Positions 39,902 to 50,196 of a DNA stretch of 64,000 nucleotides are shown here, in pieces; position 1 is the stretch's first letter; the number at the start of each line of letters is the position of its first letter. Source of the DNA: Rhodospirillales bacterium (GTDB taxonomy: Bacteria > Pseudomonadota > Alphaproteobacteria > Rhodospirillales > UBA2165); contig DUBF01000153.1 of the NCBI GenBank assembly GCA_012960465.1, positions 13,476-77,475 of the forward strand, written 5' to 3'. Below the pieces are notes generated by a model, which was given only the letters and a program-made list of their open reading frames with translations, was not told where the DNA came from and did no database searches. Both the position numbers and the translations under genes were made by a program.

Positions 39902-40534
39902 ATGAGCCTAGTTAGCCGTGGTTTAGTTGCCACCCTTTTTTCTGTAAGCGTTTTTCTTAGTACATGCATAGTGCGGGCTCATGCGGACGAATTTACGAAT
40001 GGCGCCGAAAGATTTATTACTTCACTTGCCGCTAAAGCTGAAGTATCTCTTCTTTCAGATCATATCTCTCCTGTAGAACATCAAAAACGTTTCCGAAATA
40101 TAATGTTAAGTAGCTTCGACCTCAACGGTGTCGGAAAATGGGTAATTGGACGTTACTGGCGCCGCATCTCAAAATCCGAACGCGCCGAATACCTTAAGCT
40201 ATTTGAAAAGTTTATAATTGCAACGTATAGTAAACGTTTCAGAGGTTATACTAAAGCTAAACTACAAATTAATGGAACAACTAAACGCAAAAACTCAGCA
40301 TTTGTTAACTCCCAAATTAATCGCAAAGGATCAAAACCGATCCGAATTATTTGGAGAGTTAAATTAGCAAATGGAAAGTATAAAATTATAGATATTGTGA
40401 TAGAGGGTATGAGTTGGATTCAAACCCAACGTTCAGAATTTGTATCTGTTATACGAAATAGCGGCGGAAAAGTATCCGGCCTCATGGACGCCCTAAGTAA
40501 AAAAATTGTATTCCTCACATCATACAAAAACTAA
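39902..40534 (+). CDS. mlaC: MlaC/Ttg2D family phospholipid-binding periplasmic protein
   Basis: 210 aa with a signal peptide and toluene-tolerance Ttg2D-like sequence (DLNGVGKWVIGRYWR). It is adjacent to mlaA. Confidence 0.75.
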   Translation: MSLVSRGLVATLFSVSVFLSTCIVRAHADEFTNGAERFITSLAAKAEVSLLSDHISPVEHQKRFRNIMLSSFDLNGVGKWVIGRYWRRISKSERAEYLKLFEKFIIATYSKRFRGYTKAKLQINGTTKRKNSAFVNSQINRKGSKPIRIIWRVKLANGKYKIIDIVIEGMSWIQTQRSEFVSVIRNSGGKVSGLMDALSKKIVFLTSYKN

Positions 40535-40540
40535 ATCAAA

Positions 40541-42226
40541 TTAACCTTTTACCAGAGGTCGGTATTTGATTCGATGAGGTTGATCGGCCAGGGCTCCTAA
40601 ACGACTTTGACGATCTGCCTCATAATCACCGTAGTTCCCTTCAAACCAAATCACCTGACTATCCCCCTCAAAGGCGATAATATGAGTGGCTATCCGGTCT
40701 AGAAACCAGCGATCGTGACTTGTAATTAAAATACAACCTGGAAATGCAAGCAGTGCCTCCTCTAACGCGCGTAGCGTATCCACATCCAAATCATTCGTTG
40801 GCTCATCAAGCAAAATAACGTTTGCACCGGACTTCATTACCTTTGCCAGATGAACCCGGTTTCGCTCACCACCAGATAACTGGCCAACTTTCTTTTGTTG
40901 ATCCGGTCCTTTAAAATTAAATTGCGAAACATAAGCTCTACTCTGCATCGTACGATGACCAAGCTCTACTTCATCTAAACCTTCCGATATTTCTTCCCAA
41001 ACGGTTTGGTCATCAGAAAGCTCTTCACGTGACTGATCCACGTAGCCCAACTTGACGGTATCACCAAAACGAATAGACCCTGCACTATTCTTTACCGTAC
41101 CTGAAATCATATTAAAAAGTGTCGTTTTACCAGCACCATTTGCCCCGATAATACCAACAATCGCCCCCGGTGGTATCTTAAAATTTAAACCTTCAAACAA
41201 CAGATGTTCATCAAAGCCTTTTGATAAATCTTCAGCTTCAATTACCAAGTCACCAAGACGAGGGCCCTGCGGAATGATAATTTGGGCCGTATCTGGTGTC
41301 ATATTATCTGCCTCGGCCTTTAATTTCTCATAAGCAGTAATACGAGCCTTACTCTTAGCTTGGCGAGCCCGAGGTGATTGTCTTATCCATTCCAACTCAT
41401 TAGCAAGCGTCGTCTGACGGGCCTGATCTTGTTTCTCATCTTGAGCTAAGCGTTTCTGTTTTTGGTCTAACCACGAAGAATAGTTGCCTTCATACGGAAT
41501 ACCACGGCCACGGTCGAGTTCCAATATCCATCCGGCAACATTATCTAAGAAATAACGATCATGGGTAATCGCAACGACACAACCTGGATATTCTTTAAGA
41601 TGCACCTCCAGCCAAGCAACTGATTCGGCATCCAGATGGTTTGTTGGCTCATCAAGTAATAATAGATCAGGTTTTTGTAATAATAGCCGACAAAGCGCGA
41701 CCCGACGTTTTTCACCACCAGAAAGTTTTGTTACATCTGCGTCACCGGGCGGACAGCGCAACGCATCCATTGCGATTTCAACGGTGCGTTCAATTTCCCA
41801 ACCATTAACAGCATCAATCTTTTCCTGAAAATTCCCCTGCTCCTCCAATAGAGCATTCATCTCATCATCACCCATAGGCTCAGAAAATTTAGCACTAACC
41901 TCGTTAAATTTATCAACAAGATCTTTAATCTCACCAACACCTTCCATCGCATTCCCCGCAACATCTTTACTCGGGTCCAACTCTGGTTCTTGTGGTAAAT
42001 AACCAACGCGTGTACCTTCAGCGGCCCAAGCTTCACCATTATATTCTGTCTCAATACCAGCCATAATTTTTAATAGCGTTGACTTACCGGCCCCATTTGC
42101 GCCTAAAACTCCAATCTTTGCTCCGGGTAAAAACGATAAAGAAATATCCTTCATTAACTCTCGGCCGCCTTGGAAAGTCTTACTGAGTTCTTTCATCACA
42201 TAAATATATTGATAAGATACCATCAA
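40541..42226 (-). CDS. ettA: energy-dependent translational throttle protein EttA (ABC-F)
   Basis: Two ABC cassettes (GANGAGKST / LSGGEKRRVALCRLL and GANGAGKTT / LSGGERNRVHLAKV) with no TM domain. The ~560-aa length and N-terminus resemble EttA. Confidence 0.9.
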   Translation of the reverse strand: MMVSYQYIYVMKELSKTFQGGRELMKDISLSFLPGAKIGVLGANGAGKSTLLKIMAGIETEYNGEAWAAEGTRVGYLPQEPELDPSKDVAGNAMEGVGEIKDLVDKFNEVSAKFSEPMGDDEMNALLEEQGNFQEKIDAVNGWEIERTVEIAMDALRCPPGDADVTKLSGGEKRRVALCRLLLQKPDLLLLDEPTNHLDAESVAWLEVHLKEYPGCVVAITHDRYFLDNVAGWILELDRGRGIPYEGNYSSWLDQKQKRLAQDEKQDQARQTTLANELEWIRQSPRARQAKSKARITAYEKLKAEADNMTPDTAQIIIPQGPRLGDLVIEAEDLSKGFDEHLLFEGLNFKIPPGAIVGIIGANGAGKTTLFNMISGTVKNSAGSIRFGDTVKLGYVDQSREELSDDQTVWEEISEGLDEVELGHRTMQSRAYVSQFNFKGPDQQKKVGQLSGGERNRVHLAKVMKSGANVILLDEPTNDLDVDTLRALEEALLAFPGCILITSHDRWFLDRIATHIIAFEGDSQVIWFEGNYGDYEADRQSRLGALADQPHRIKYRPLVKG

Positions 42227-42348
42227 CCGCTCCGGTTTTGATCTTGATTAATTTTCTTGCGAACTGTTTAGCGTAGAGACGGGTATGATGCAATCTATGG
42301 CTATATAGATATTAGTCTAGGTTTTAGAAAAAATTATGGTCTAGTATT

Positions 42349-43044
42349 TCAATTTTTTACAACATCAATAGCATAACCACCACGACGAACTGTTCTAATA
42401 AGATCATAACCACCAAATTCATTTAGAGCCTCACGAAGTCTGCGAATATGTACATCAACCGTTCTTTCTTCCACATAGATATCACGGCCCCAAACTTGGT
42501 CAAGAAGCTGTTCGCGTGAGAAAACCCGGGTTGGGTGTGCAATTAAAACTTGCAACAAACGATATTCGGTTGGACCCAGATGTATAGACTTACCATCCCG
42601 GAACACCTTATGGGCGATTAAATCCAATACAATACCGCCATATGCAAGTTGATCAATTCCGAAGTTAGGATTAGATCGTCGCAACACTGCATGGATCCGA
42701 GCAATAAGTTCAGAAGGAGAAAAAGGCTTAACAATATAATCGTCAGCACCAGCATCCAAGCCAGAAACTTTATCTCTTTCCTCACCCCTTGCCGTCAACA
42801 TAATAATCGGCAACGATTTAGTTTCTTTACGTGCACGTAATCGACGGCATACGTCTATTCCAGAAATATCAGGTAACATCCAATCTAAAATAACAAGATC
42901 TGGCTCATTTTCAGATGCTAACAATAAAGCCTTTTCACCATCTGTCGCAATCTGTACACCGAAACCTTCTTTCTCAATATTATATCGCAAAAGCTCTACC
43001 AATGGAGGTTCATCTTCAACAATAAGAACGGATATATCTAACAT
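42349..43044 (-). CDS. phoB: phosphate regulon response regulator PhoB (OmpR family)
   Basis: Receiver domain (LIVEDEPPL, ILDWMLPDISG, MLTARGEE) plus a winged helix (RTVDVHIRRLREAL). It lies downstream of the phoR-like kinase. Confidence 0.8.
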   Translation of the reverse strand: MLDISVLIVEDEPPLVELLRYNIEKEGFGVQIATDGEKALLLASENEPDLVILDWMLPDISGIDVCRRLRARKETKSLPIIMLTARGEERDKVSGLDAGADDYIVKPFSPSELIARIHAVLRRSNPNFGIDQLAYGGIVLDLIAHKVFRDGKSIHLGPTEYRLLQVLIAHPTRVFSREQLLDQVWGRDIYVEERTVDVHIRRLREALNEFGGYDLIRTVRRGGYAIDVVKN

Positions 43045-43099
43045 TAGCTGCCTTCATCTCACGGTTTAACATCAGAATATTCAATGACATCCGAGTTTT

Positions 43100-44167
43100 T
43101 TAATTTAACGGTAAATAAACAGTAAACGTTGTACTCTTATTTAGTTTACTCTGAATTTGAAGGTGACCACGATGGCGACTAATAATATGTTTTACAATTG
43201 CAAGTCCTAACCCGGTACCCCCCATTTCTCTCGATCTACCCTTATCTGTTCGATAAAATCGTTCAGTTAAGCGAGAAATTTGATCTGCCTTAATTCCTTC
43301 ACCTTTATTTTTGATCGAAATCGAAATACCTGGGCCACCAATCTCGGGTATACAATCAATAAGACCAACGCCTATTGTAATTGGAGTTTTTTCTTGACCA
43401 TATTTAATGGCATTATCGATTAGATTTTGAAAAACTTCCATCAGTTCATCCCTGTCGCCCAGTAATATGGGCAGGTTGGGATCCATGTCAAAATCTAACC
43501 TCATTGACCGCCGTTGAACACGACTTATAAACAATTCTTCTGTCACACCGAGTAACTCGGTAATATCAACAGTTTGTTGTGGACGCATTCGCTCACTGGC
43601 TTCAACTCGTGAAAGTGATAATAAATCATCAATCATACGAGCCATACGCTGGGCCTCATTGCTCATGATTTCTAAAAATCGTCCATGCGACCCAACATCT
43701 TCTTTTGCTGGTCCCTGTAACGTTTCAATAAAGCCAATTAAAGATGCAATAGGAGAACGCAACTCATGACTAAGATTGCTGACAAAATCACGCCGCATTC
43801 TCTCCGCAATTGATTCAGAACTTATATCGTGAAAAACTATCATAGCCGCTGTTTTAAAAAACTGATTGATGGGACCTATTGCAACAATCCTTACTTGAAG
43901 AGTGATTATTACGGGAAGAGATATTATCAATTCAATTTCTCTCTGTTTTTCACCGTTTAATACGGCATCTGTCGCCTCCAAAACGATTGGATCCCGGAAA
44001 GACAATTCGAGGTTACGGTCTACGTAAATATCCAACATGTCCTGGGCTGCCTGGTTCCTAAAAATCACTTCCCGTAACTTGTTTAATAAAATTACAGGAT
44101 CTGGGAAAACTTCCAAGATATGGGTATTTAAATCTGATACTTCACCACTATTTTTTACAAGTCCCAT
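43100..44167 (-). CDS. phoR: PhoR-like sensor histidine kinase (PAS-HisKA-HATPase, no transmembrane segment)
   Basis: H-box SHELRSPIASL, N-box QNLIDNAIKY and G2 GGTGLGLAIVKHI. An N-terminal PAS-like region is present, and no hydrophobic helices are evident. Confidence 0.7.
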   Translation of the reverse strand: MGLVKNSGEVSDLNTHILEVFPDPVILLNKLREVIFRNQAAQDMLDIYVDRNLELSFRDPIVLEATDAVLNGEKQREIELIISLPVIITLQVRIVAIGPINQFFKTAAMIVFHDISSESIAERMRRDFVSNLSHELRSPIASLIGFIETLQGPAKEDVGSHGRFLEIMSNEAQRMARMIDDLLSLSRVEASERMRPQQTVDITELLGVTEELFISRVQRRSMRLDFDMDPNLPILLGDRDELMEVFQNLIDNAIKYGQEKTPITIGVGLIDCIPEIGGPGISISIKNKGEGIKADQISRLTERFYRTDKGRSREMGGTGLGLAIVKHIISRHRGHLQIQSKLNKSTTFTVYLPLN

Positions 44168-44263
44168 CGTTAAATCCGAATTCCCTATCTAAATTTAATC
44201 CTTATCACATTTTATAGTCCTACTCTAATCAACCAATAATTGTCAAAATAAAGACTATGATGC

Positions 44264-44296
44264 TTCAAAAATCCCTCAGACAGTTACGTCCGAGGA
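44264..44296 (-). terminator. possible intrinsic terminator after the DUF1127 gene
   Basis: On the minus strand the sequence reads CCTCGGAC-GTAACT-GTCTGAGG (7 bp plus one mismatch), followed by GATTTTTG. Confidence 0.4.
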
Positions 44297-44379
44297 ATCC
44301 TAATAAGAGATAGATTAGAGCTAAAATTAATTTTGGTTCTACCTATTCAGGCAAAAAATCGTAAATCAATTAGCTTATA

Positions 44380-44802
44380 TTAAGCAGCATATTTTGAAGC
44401 GTGATTGTTAGATGGATGTCCTACCTTCGTATCGTACCCACATACCTTCAGCTCAGCCATTGTAGATCTTGATTCTGATCCCAAATAAACCATTCGCCCA
44501 ATATCTTCTCGTCTAAGGCCAATATTGGCCAGCCCTCGATCAGAAAGACGAGAGAGCTCCTCATAAGTTCTTGCTGCACTTATACCATTTTGAACGGCTC
44601 TAAAAGCGTTTCCTATGGCCTTTGCAACAGCAGAGAAGATTTGTGTTGCCACTTCTGTTTGAGCCACACGAGCTGCTCGAATGATTTTATCAGTATCTTG
44701 TGCCGATAATGGTGTATAATCATCAAGACTGTTTATAACGGTGATTCTTTGTTCAACCTGATCTAATGTGATTTCGGTTTCTTTAGCTGACATTTTATTC
44801 AT
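44380..44802 (-). CDS. DUF1127 domain-containing protein (unusually long, 140 aa)
   Basis: The core ELSRLSDRGLANIGLRREDIGRM matches the DUF1127 signature. A strong SD (AGGAGA) precedes the ATG. Confidence 0.75.
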   Translation of the reverse strand: MNKMSAKETEITLDQVEQRITVINSLDDYTPLSAQDTDKIIRAARVAQTEVATQIFSAVAKAIGNAFRAVQNGISAARTYEELSRLSDRGLANIGLRREDIGRMVYLGSESRSTMAELKVCGYDTKVGHPSNNHASKYAA

Positions 44803-45007
44803 CGTATTCTCCTAATAAACTCTCAGCCGCTCGCTGAAAATTCTAATGTGAATTTGAGAAGCATATAGACTTTTAAAATCAACTTAGTTAGGAGGTTATC
44901 CGCAAAACAGCTATGTAATTTTTGCATACCATAGAAAATTATTACTTCATTTCAGTGAGTTAAAACTAAATAAATAAAATTAATTATATAATCTTTTTAG
45001 TTCTATC

Positions 45008-47266
45008 TCAGGTCCAACGCGGCGTATAATTTTGTACTGATTTGTATTGATCTGGCATCTCCAAATCAAAACCCAGTTCATTTGCCGCATGACGGGTCCA
45101 ATAAGGATCAAATAAATGCATTCTGGCAATAACGCAAATATCACCGCGACCACTTGCAATGATGGAGTTTGCATCAGCATAGGATTGGATATTTCCAACC
45201 GTCATCGTAGGAATACCAGCTTCCATCCGCACCCTATCTGAAAATGGCAGTTGAAATAATCTACCATATTCTGGTTCTTCTTCTGACACGACCTGTCCTG
45301 AAGACACATCAAGAATATCGCAACCCGCGACTTTGAATGCCCGTGCTATTTCAACTGCATCCGTAGGAGTAATTCCATCCTCTATCCAATCCGTTGCTGA
45401 AATTCGGATAGACATAGGTTTATCTTTAGGCCAAACTGCACGCATAGCCGTAAACACTTCCAAAGGGTAGCTAAGGCGATCTTTTAACGAACCACCATAA
45501 GCATCAGAGCGAATATTAGTTTTTGGCGAAATAAAGGTATTTAAGAGATAACCATGGGCACAATGCAATTCCAGCATATCAAACCCGGCTTGCTCTACCC
45601 GCTTAGTTGCTAACACAAATTCCTCTCGAATTTGATTCATATCAGCTCTATCCATTTCTCTTGGTGCAGGATTATTGATCGAATAGGGAATTGGAGAAGC
45701 GGCTATGATTGGCCATGCGTCCTCGGTCAGAGGCGCCTGCTCACCCCCCTCCCACTGAAGATGAGTTGAAGCTTTGCGCCCAGCATGACTAAGTTGCATG
45801 CCTATTTTGCTAGAACTATGGTGATGAACATAATCAACAACCCGCTTCCAAGCCTTAACATGGTCGTCATTATACATACCTGTGCAACCAAGTGTAATGC
45901 GTCCTTCGGCACTGATCGCAGTACTCTCGGTCATAATCAAGCCGGCGGCGCCCATAGCACGACTTCCAAGGTGCACTAAATGCCAATCACCTATTAATCC
46001 ATTTTCTGCGGAGTACATGCACATTGGTGATACAGCAATTCTATTCTCTAAAACCATATCTCGAAGTTTGTATGGCGTAAATATTGGCGGCGGGGCCTTC
46101 TTATCGCGAGTAATCCCAGATTGCACTTCAGCTCGGTCAGCGACCCAATTGTCAACCTCTTCCAAGAGTTCGTTATCCCGCAAGCCAAAATTTGCATGAT
46201 TAATACGAAGACTTCGTGTCAATAACGCATATGAGAATTGCATCGGCTCTAAAATATCATGATAGCGCTCAACATCCTCAAACCACTCCATACTGACTTG
46301 AGCCGCGCGTTGTATAGAATCCACAGCAGGCTGTCGCTTTTCCTGGAAGGCCGGTAATGCTTGCAAAATATCCTCTGGATTCTCAGTTATAGTCTCAAAG
46401 AGGGCTACAGCATCTTCCATCGCTAATTTGGTTCCAGAGCCGATTGAAAAATGAGCAGTATGTAAGGCATCACCCAGCAAAACGATATTTTTATAATAAT
46501 AATTTTTATTCTTAACTCGGGGAAACGTTCGCCAAATTGAGTTATTTGTTATCAGCGTCTCATTACCAAGTTCGTTAGCAAATACTTTGCTACAATAGGC
46601 AACGGTGTCTGCTTCTGTTGCGGTTTCGAGACCAGCCCTACGCCATGTATCTTCCGTTGTCTCTATAATAAAAGTCGATTTACCTGCCATGTATTGATAA
46701 CAATGTGCTCGCCACAAACCGTCTTTATTTTGGTTAAAATAAAAGGTGAAAGTATCAAATGCCTTTGTTGAACCTAACCAGGTAAATTTATTTGGCCTCA
46801 TAACAACGTCTGCACCGAATTCTTTTGCATGGTGATCTCGAATAAAAGATGCAACACCATCGCTCGCAATAATTAGATCGGAATCATGATAGTCATCTAA
46901 GCTTTTGACAATAACATCATGGATCATTTTGACACCGAGCTCTTTTGCACGAGCTTCCAATATCTGCAATAATCTGAGGCGCTGCATGCCAGCAAATCCG
47001 TGACCGCGTGATCTTATCTGATGACCTTTGTGAAAAACATCAATATCGTCCCAATGAACAAAACTATCAGTAATATCCTTATACGTGTCAAAGTCAGCTT
47101 CTTTGAAGTTTTCCATCGTTTCATCAGAAAAGACTACGCCAAATCCGAAGGTCACGTTATCGGGATTTTGCTCATAGATCTCAATATCCCAATCTGTATT
47201 AGCTTTTTTTATTAGAATAGAAAAATACAGGGACGCCGGCCCGCCCCCAATACATGTAATCTTCAT
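45008..47266 (-). CDS. bifunctional FAD-dependent aromatic-ring hydroxylase / Old Yellow Enzyme-type oxidoreductase (salicylyl-CoA 5-hydroxylase or 2-aminobenzoyl-CoA monooxygenase/reductase-like)
   Basis: The N-terminal half has MKITCIGGGPASLY and GDALHTAHFSIGSGTKLAMEDA (flavin monooxygenase). The C-terminal half has HCAHGYLLNTFISP and a TIM-barrel OYE pattern. I trimmed the start to the ATG at 47266. Confidence 0.8.
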   Translation of the reverse strand: MKITCIGGGPASLYFSILIKKANTDWDIEIYEQNPDNVTFGFGVVFSDETMENFKEADFDTYKDITDSFVHWDDIDVFHKGHQIRSRGHGFAGMQRLRLLQILEARAKELGVKMIHDVIVKSLDDYHDSDLIIASDGVASFIRDHHAKEFGADVVMRPNKFTWLGSTKAFDTFTFYFNQNKDGLWRAHCYQYMAGKSTFIIETTEDTWRRAGLETATEADTVAYCSKVFANELGNETLITNNSIWRTFPRVKNKNYYYKNIVLLGDALHTAHFSIGSGTKLAMEDAVALFETITENPEDILQALPAFQEKRQPAVDSIQRAAQVSMEWFEDVERYHDILEPMQFSYALLTRSLRINHANFGLRDNELLEEVDNWVADRAEVQSGITRDKKAPPPIFTPYKLRDMVLENRIAVSPMCMYSAENGLIGDWHLVHLGSRAMGAAGLIMTESTAISAEGRITLGCTGMYNDDHVKAWKRVVDYVHHHSSSKIGMQLSHAGRKASTHLQWEGGEQAPLTEDAWPIIAASPIPYSINNPAPREMDRADMNQIREEFVLATKRVEQAGFDMLELHCAHGYLLNTFISPKTNIRSDAYGGSLKDRLSYPLEVFTAMRAVWPKDKPMSIRISATDWIEDGITPTDAVEIARAFKVAGCDILDVSSGQVVSEEEPEYGRLFQLPFSDRVRMEAGIPTMTVGNIQSYADANSIIASGRGDICVIARMHLFDPYWTRHAANELGFDLEMPDQYKSVQNYTPRWT

Positions 47267-47420
47267 TTTTAGTTCCCGATTTGAATTCAGCTGCAACTTG
47301 CAAGAGAAATATGCTTGCTTTAGCGTGCATGATTAGTTTATTCGTAAATAGTTTAGGTCTAAACTATTTCTATAAGGCATACAAGTAATCCTAAATCAAA
47401 ACTAGATAGGAGTTTTAAAA

Positions 47421-47819
47421 GTGAGAATTTTACAACCACCGAACTGGCCTCAACCTAAGGGATATAGCAATGGAATTGCGGCTAGAGGCACCATGGTTTT
47501 TGTCGCCGGCATGGTTGGGTGGAATGAAAATGAAAAATTTGAAACTAACGACTTTTCCGAACAAGCGCGGCAAGCACTAAAAAATATTGTAACCGTCCTA
47601 AATGAAGCTGGAGCCAAATCAGAGCACATAACCCGTATGACGTGGTATCTAGTCGATCTGGATGACTACAATGCTTCATTACAACATCTCGGGAAAATAT
47701 ATCAGGAAGAAATTGGTAAAGTTTTTCCAGCAATGACTGGTATTCACGTAGCTGGACTAGTTGAAAAAGAGGCAAAACTGGAAATTGAGGTGACTGCCAT
47801 TATCCCAGATCAACAATAA
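47421..47819 (+). CDS. RidA/YjgF family reactive-intermediate deaminase
   Basis: 132 aa with a GTG start and YjgF/L-PSP-like sequence (ARQALKNIVTVLNEAGA, LEIEVTAI). Confidence 0.8.
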   Translation: MRILQPPNWPQPKGYSNGIAARGTMVFVAGMVGWNENEKFETNDFSEQARQALKNIVTVLNEAGAKSEHITRMTWYLVDLDDYNASLQHLGKIYQEEIGKVFPAMTGIHVAGLVEKEAKLEIEVTAIIPDQQ

Positions 47820-47894
47820 ACACGACATCCACGCTAAGCTAGCAAAATTAAAAACCTTGGCAAGGAACAACATAAAGGGCTATCGCAAAAAAAT

Positions 47895-48266
47895 TTATGA
47901 CGAAAGCTGTAGTTCTGATTTTAAATGACTGATAATTTTATTGGATCCATACAGCCATTCTGTGTCTGAGCCATTATTATCAATTCGCAAACAAGGGACT
48001 TTATGAACCCCACCTTCTTTTACCAATTTTTGTTTGTGATTAATATTATTTTTTGCATCCCTCAACTCTATATCAAGAGAGTATTTTCTAACCTGACGTC
48101 TAACTTTTACACAAAATGGGCAAGCGTGAAATTGGTATATACTGTAATTTGAAGTAATTGCATCCAGTTTAGCTTGCTCAGCCCTTTCCCTGAAAATTGG
48201 TTTGGGTCTTGTTAGAAAATCGCATGCAAGTATTAAGCGTCCCAAAAACCATCTAATAAATTTCAT
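47895..48266 (-). CDS. glutaredoxin-family protein with N-terminal hydrophobic segment
   Basis: CPFC active site (ACPFCVKVRR) and VPCLRI. I placed the start at MKFIRW (48266) because GGAGAA lies 5 nt upstream. Confidence 0.75.
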   Translation of the reverse strand: MKFIRWFLGRLILACDFLTRPKPIFRERAEQAKLDAITSNYSIYQFHACPFCVKVRRQVRKYSLDIELRDAKNNINHKQKLVKEGGVHKVPCLRIDNNGSDTEWLYGSNKIISHLKSELQLSS

Positions 48267-48341
48267 ATTGTTCTCCGTCAAACATGATCTCGTTTAAAAC
48301 TAGACCGATTTTTATAATGGTATTTACTTCTAAACAATAGG

Positions 48342-49106
48342 CTAACGCTTTTTATTTAAAAACTCAGTCGCTAGTTTATCGGCTTTTAAAATTTGGTCGG
48401 ATGTCATCTTCTTGGTAACAACAACTATATTTTTATCCGCAATTTTGTCACCACTTGATTTAGCAATTTTCCACCACATATAGGCATAAATATAATCCTT
48501 TTTTACACCTAATCCATTTAAGTACATCTGACCCAAATTTACTTGGGCATTTTTATTTCCCTGTTTAGCAGAAAGTGCATACCATTTTGCTGCAGCCCTA
48601 TAGTCCTGCAAAACGCCTTTTCCCGATTGATACATTAAAGCCAGATTATGCTGTGCTCGAGCATTACCCTGCTTAGCAGCAAGTAAGTACCAATTAATTG
48701 CTGTTTTATAATTTTTTACGACCCCCCGACCTACTTTGTAGGATAAGCCTAAATTATACTGGGCGTCTGTATGACCTTGTTCTGCCGCTAGCAAATACCA
48801 CTTGGCCGCAATTTTATAATCCTGACCGACACCATTCCCACTCTCATACATCCAACCTAGATTATACTGTCCAAATTCGTTCCCCTTTTTTGCCGCCAGC
48901 ATGTACCAACTCACCGCGACTGTGTAATCCTTTTTGACCCCCTGTCCTTTATAATACATCATTCCCAGACTGAATGCAGCAACAGCATTACCCTCTCGAG
49001 CTAAAGGCTCCCATTCACTCAAGGCTACAGAGTAATTTTCACTCCTATAAGCAGAAAAACCTTTAGCCAAGTCAAGAACAGGGAATTTTAAAGCTAGTTC
49101 TTTCAT
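48342..49106 (-). CDS. Sel1-repeat (TPR-like) protein
   Basis: At least five tandem ~36-aa repeats of the pattern A.WY.LAA.QGN..AQ.NLG.MY..G.GV..DY. Confidence 0.85.
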   Translation of the reverse strand: MKELALKFPVLDLAKGFSAYRSENYSVALSEWEPLAREGNAVAAFSLGMMYYKGQGVKKDYTVAVSWYMLAAKKGNEFGQYNLGWMYESGNGVGQDYKIAAKWYLLAAEQGHTDAQYNLGLSYKVGRGVVKNYKTAINWYLLAAKQGNARAQHNLALMYQSGKGVLQDYRAAAKWYALSAKQGNKNAQVNLGQMYLNGLGVKKDYIYAYMWWKIAKSSGDKIADKNIVVVTKKMTSDQILKADKLATEFLNKKR

Positions 49107-49469
49107 GTACTAAGTATGACAGAAAAAATATAAGACGAAAGAAATATAAACAGAGGTATATTCCATTGGCCATTTGTCAAAAAAATTTTCTACCGTAGCA
49201 AAGACTAATCTATAAATAAAAGATTGGCTTATCGTGTAATAAAACCAATAGATTTATAATATTAATGATGTAATGAAAGAAAAACATGACTGACTTTAAA
49301 GAATATGCTAATACCGCATAAAACATTGATTTAATGTTAAAAACTGGGTCTCTCGTTTTATTTTGTAAACTAAAATGTAGATTATCCTGGCGTCGGGATA
49401 GTGCAAGTTCAAGTCTTCTCTCAGGCGTCATTTGTTGCTAGACTTGAGAAAACTATAGGAACATTCAAA

Positions 49470-50081
49470 TTGACTATTCATTTATACCAAAATGATATCC
49501 CTGCCGGGCTCCGCTTTGGCAAAAGCATAGCGATTGATACAGAAACACAAGGCTTACTTATTCAAAGAGACCGATTATGCCTAATTCAGTTATCTGACGG
49601 TAATGGCGATGCACACCTGGTACAATTTGAGAAAAATCAATACGAAGCACCTAATCTCAAGAAAGTGCTACGCAACCCCAAAAGTGTTAAAATTTTTCAT
49701 TTTGCACGTTTTGACATCGCCACGATCAAAGCCTACCTTGGAATTACGTGCTCACCAGTTTTTTGTACTCGTATTGCTTCGCGCTTAACACGCACCTACA
49801 CTGAAAAACATGGCCTGAAAGATATTTGTGCTGAATTACTTGGTGTTGAAATTTCAAAACAACAACAGCAATCTGACTGGGCTAATGCAGAGCTAACCAC
49901 AGAACAACAGAAATATGCGGCTTCAGATGTCCTTTATCTTCATCAATTAATGGAAATCCTTAAAGGCCGCCTCATTCGGGAAAGTCGCACAGACCTAGCA
50001 CAGGCCTGCTTTGATTTTTTACCCTTCCAGGCCGAATTAGACCTGGAAGGCTGGAATAATGAAGATATTTTTGCACATTAA
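49470..50081 (+). CDS. rnd: 3'-5' exonuclease, short ribonuclease D type (DEDDy)
   Basis: IAIDTETQGL (Exo I), HFARFDI (Exo II) and YAASDVLYLH (Exo III). I took the start at TTG 49470, which is preceded by TAGGAA. The ORF-track start at 49401 is also non-ATG. Confidence 0.75.
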   Translation: MTIHLYQNDIPAGLRFGKSIAIDTETQGLLIQRDRLCLIQLSDGNGDAHLVQFEKNQYEAPNLKKVLRNPKSVKIFHFARFDIATIKAYLGITCSPVFCTRIASRLTRTYTEKHGLKDICAELLGVEISKQQQQSDWANAELTTEQQKYAASDVLYLHQLMEILKGRLIRESRTDLAQACFDFLPFQAELDLEGWNNEDIFAH

Positions 50082-50196
50082 AATGAGGTAAATTATACTT
50101 TATATGAATACAAAGAAGCTTGATCAAACTTTAGACGAGCGACCATCTATTATTTTACATCGAAAACTAATTAAGACCATTTAAATTGGGAGCCGC

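Noticed and set aside
49210-49431. 73-aa minus-strand ORF in the Sel1/rnd intergenic region
   Set aside because: It is an AT-driven hydrophobic translation with no SD, in a divergent promoter region.
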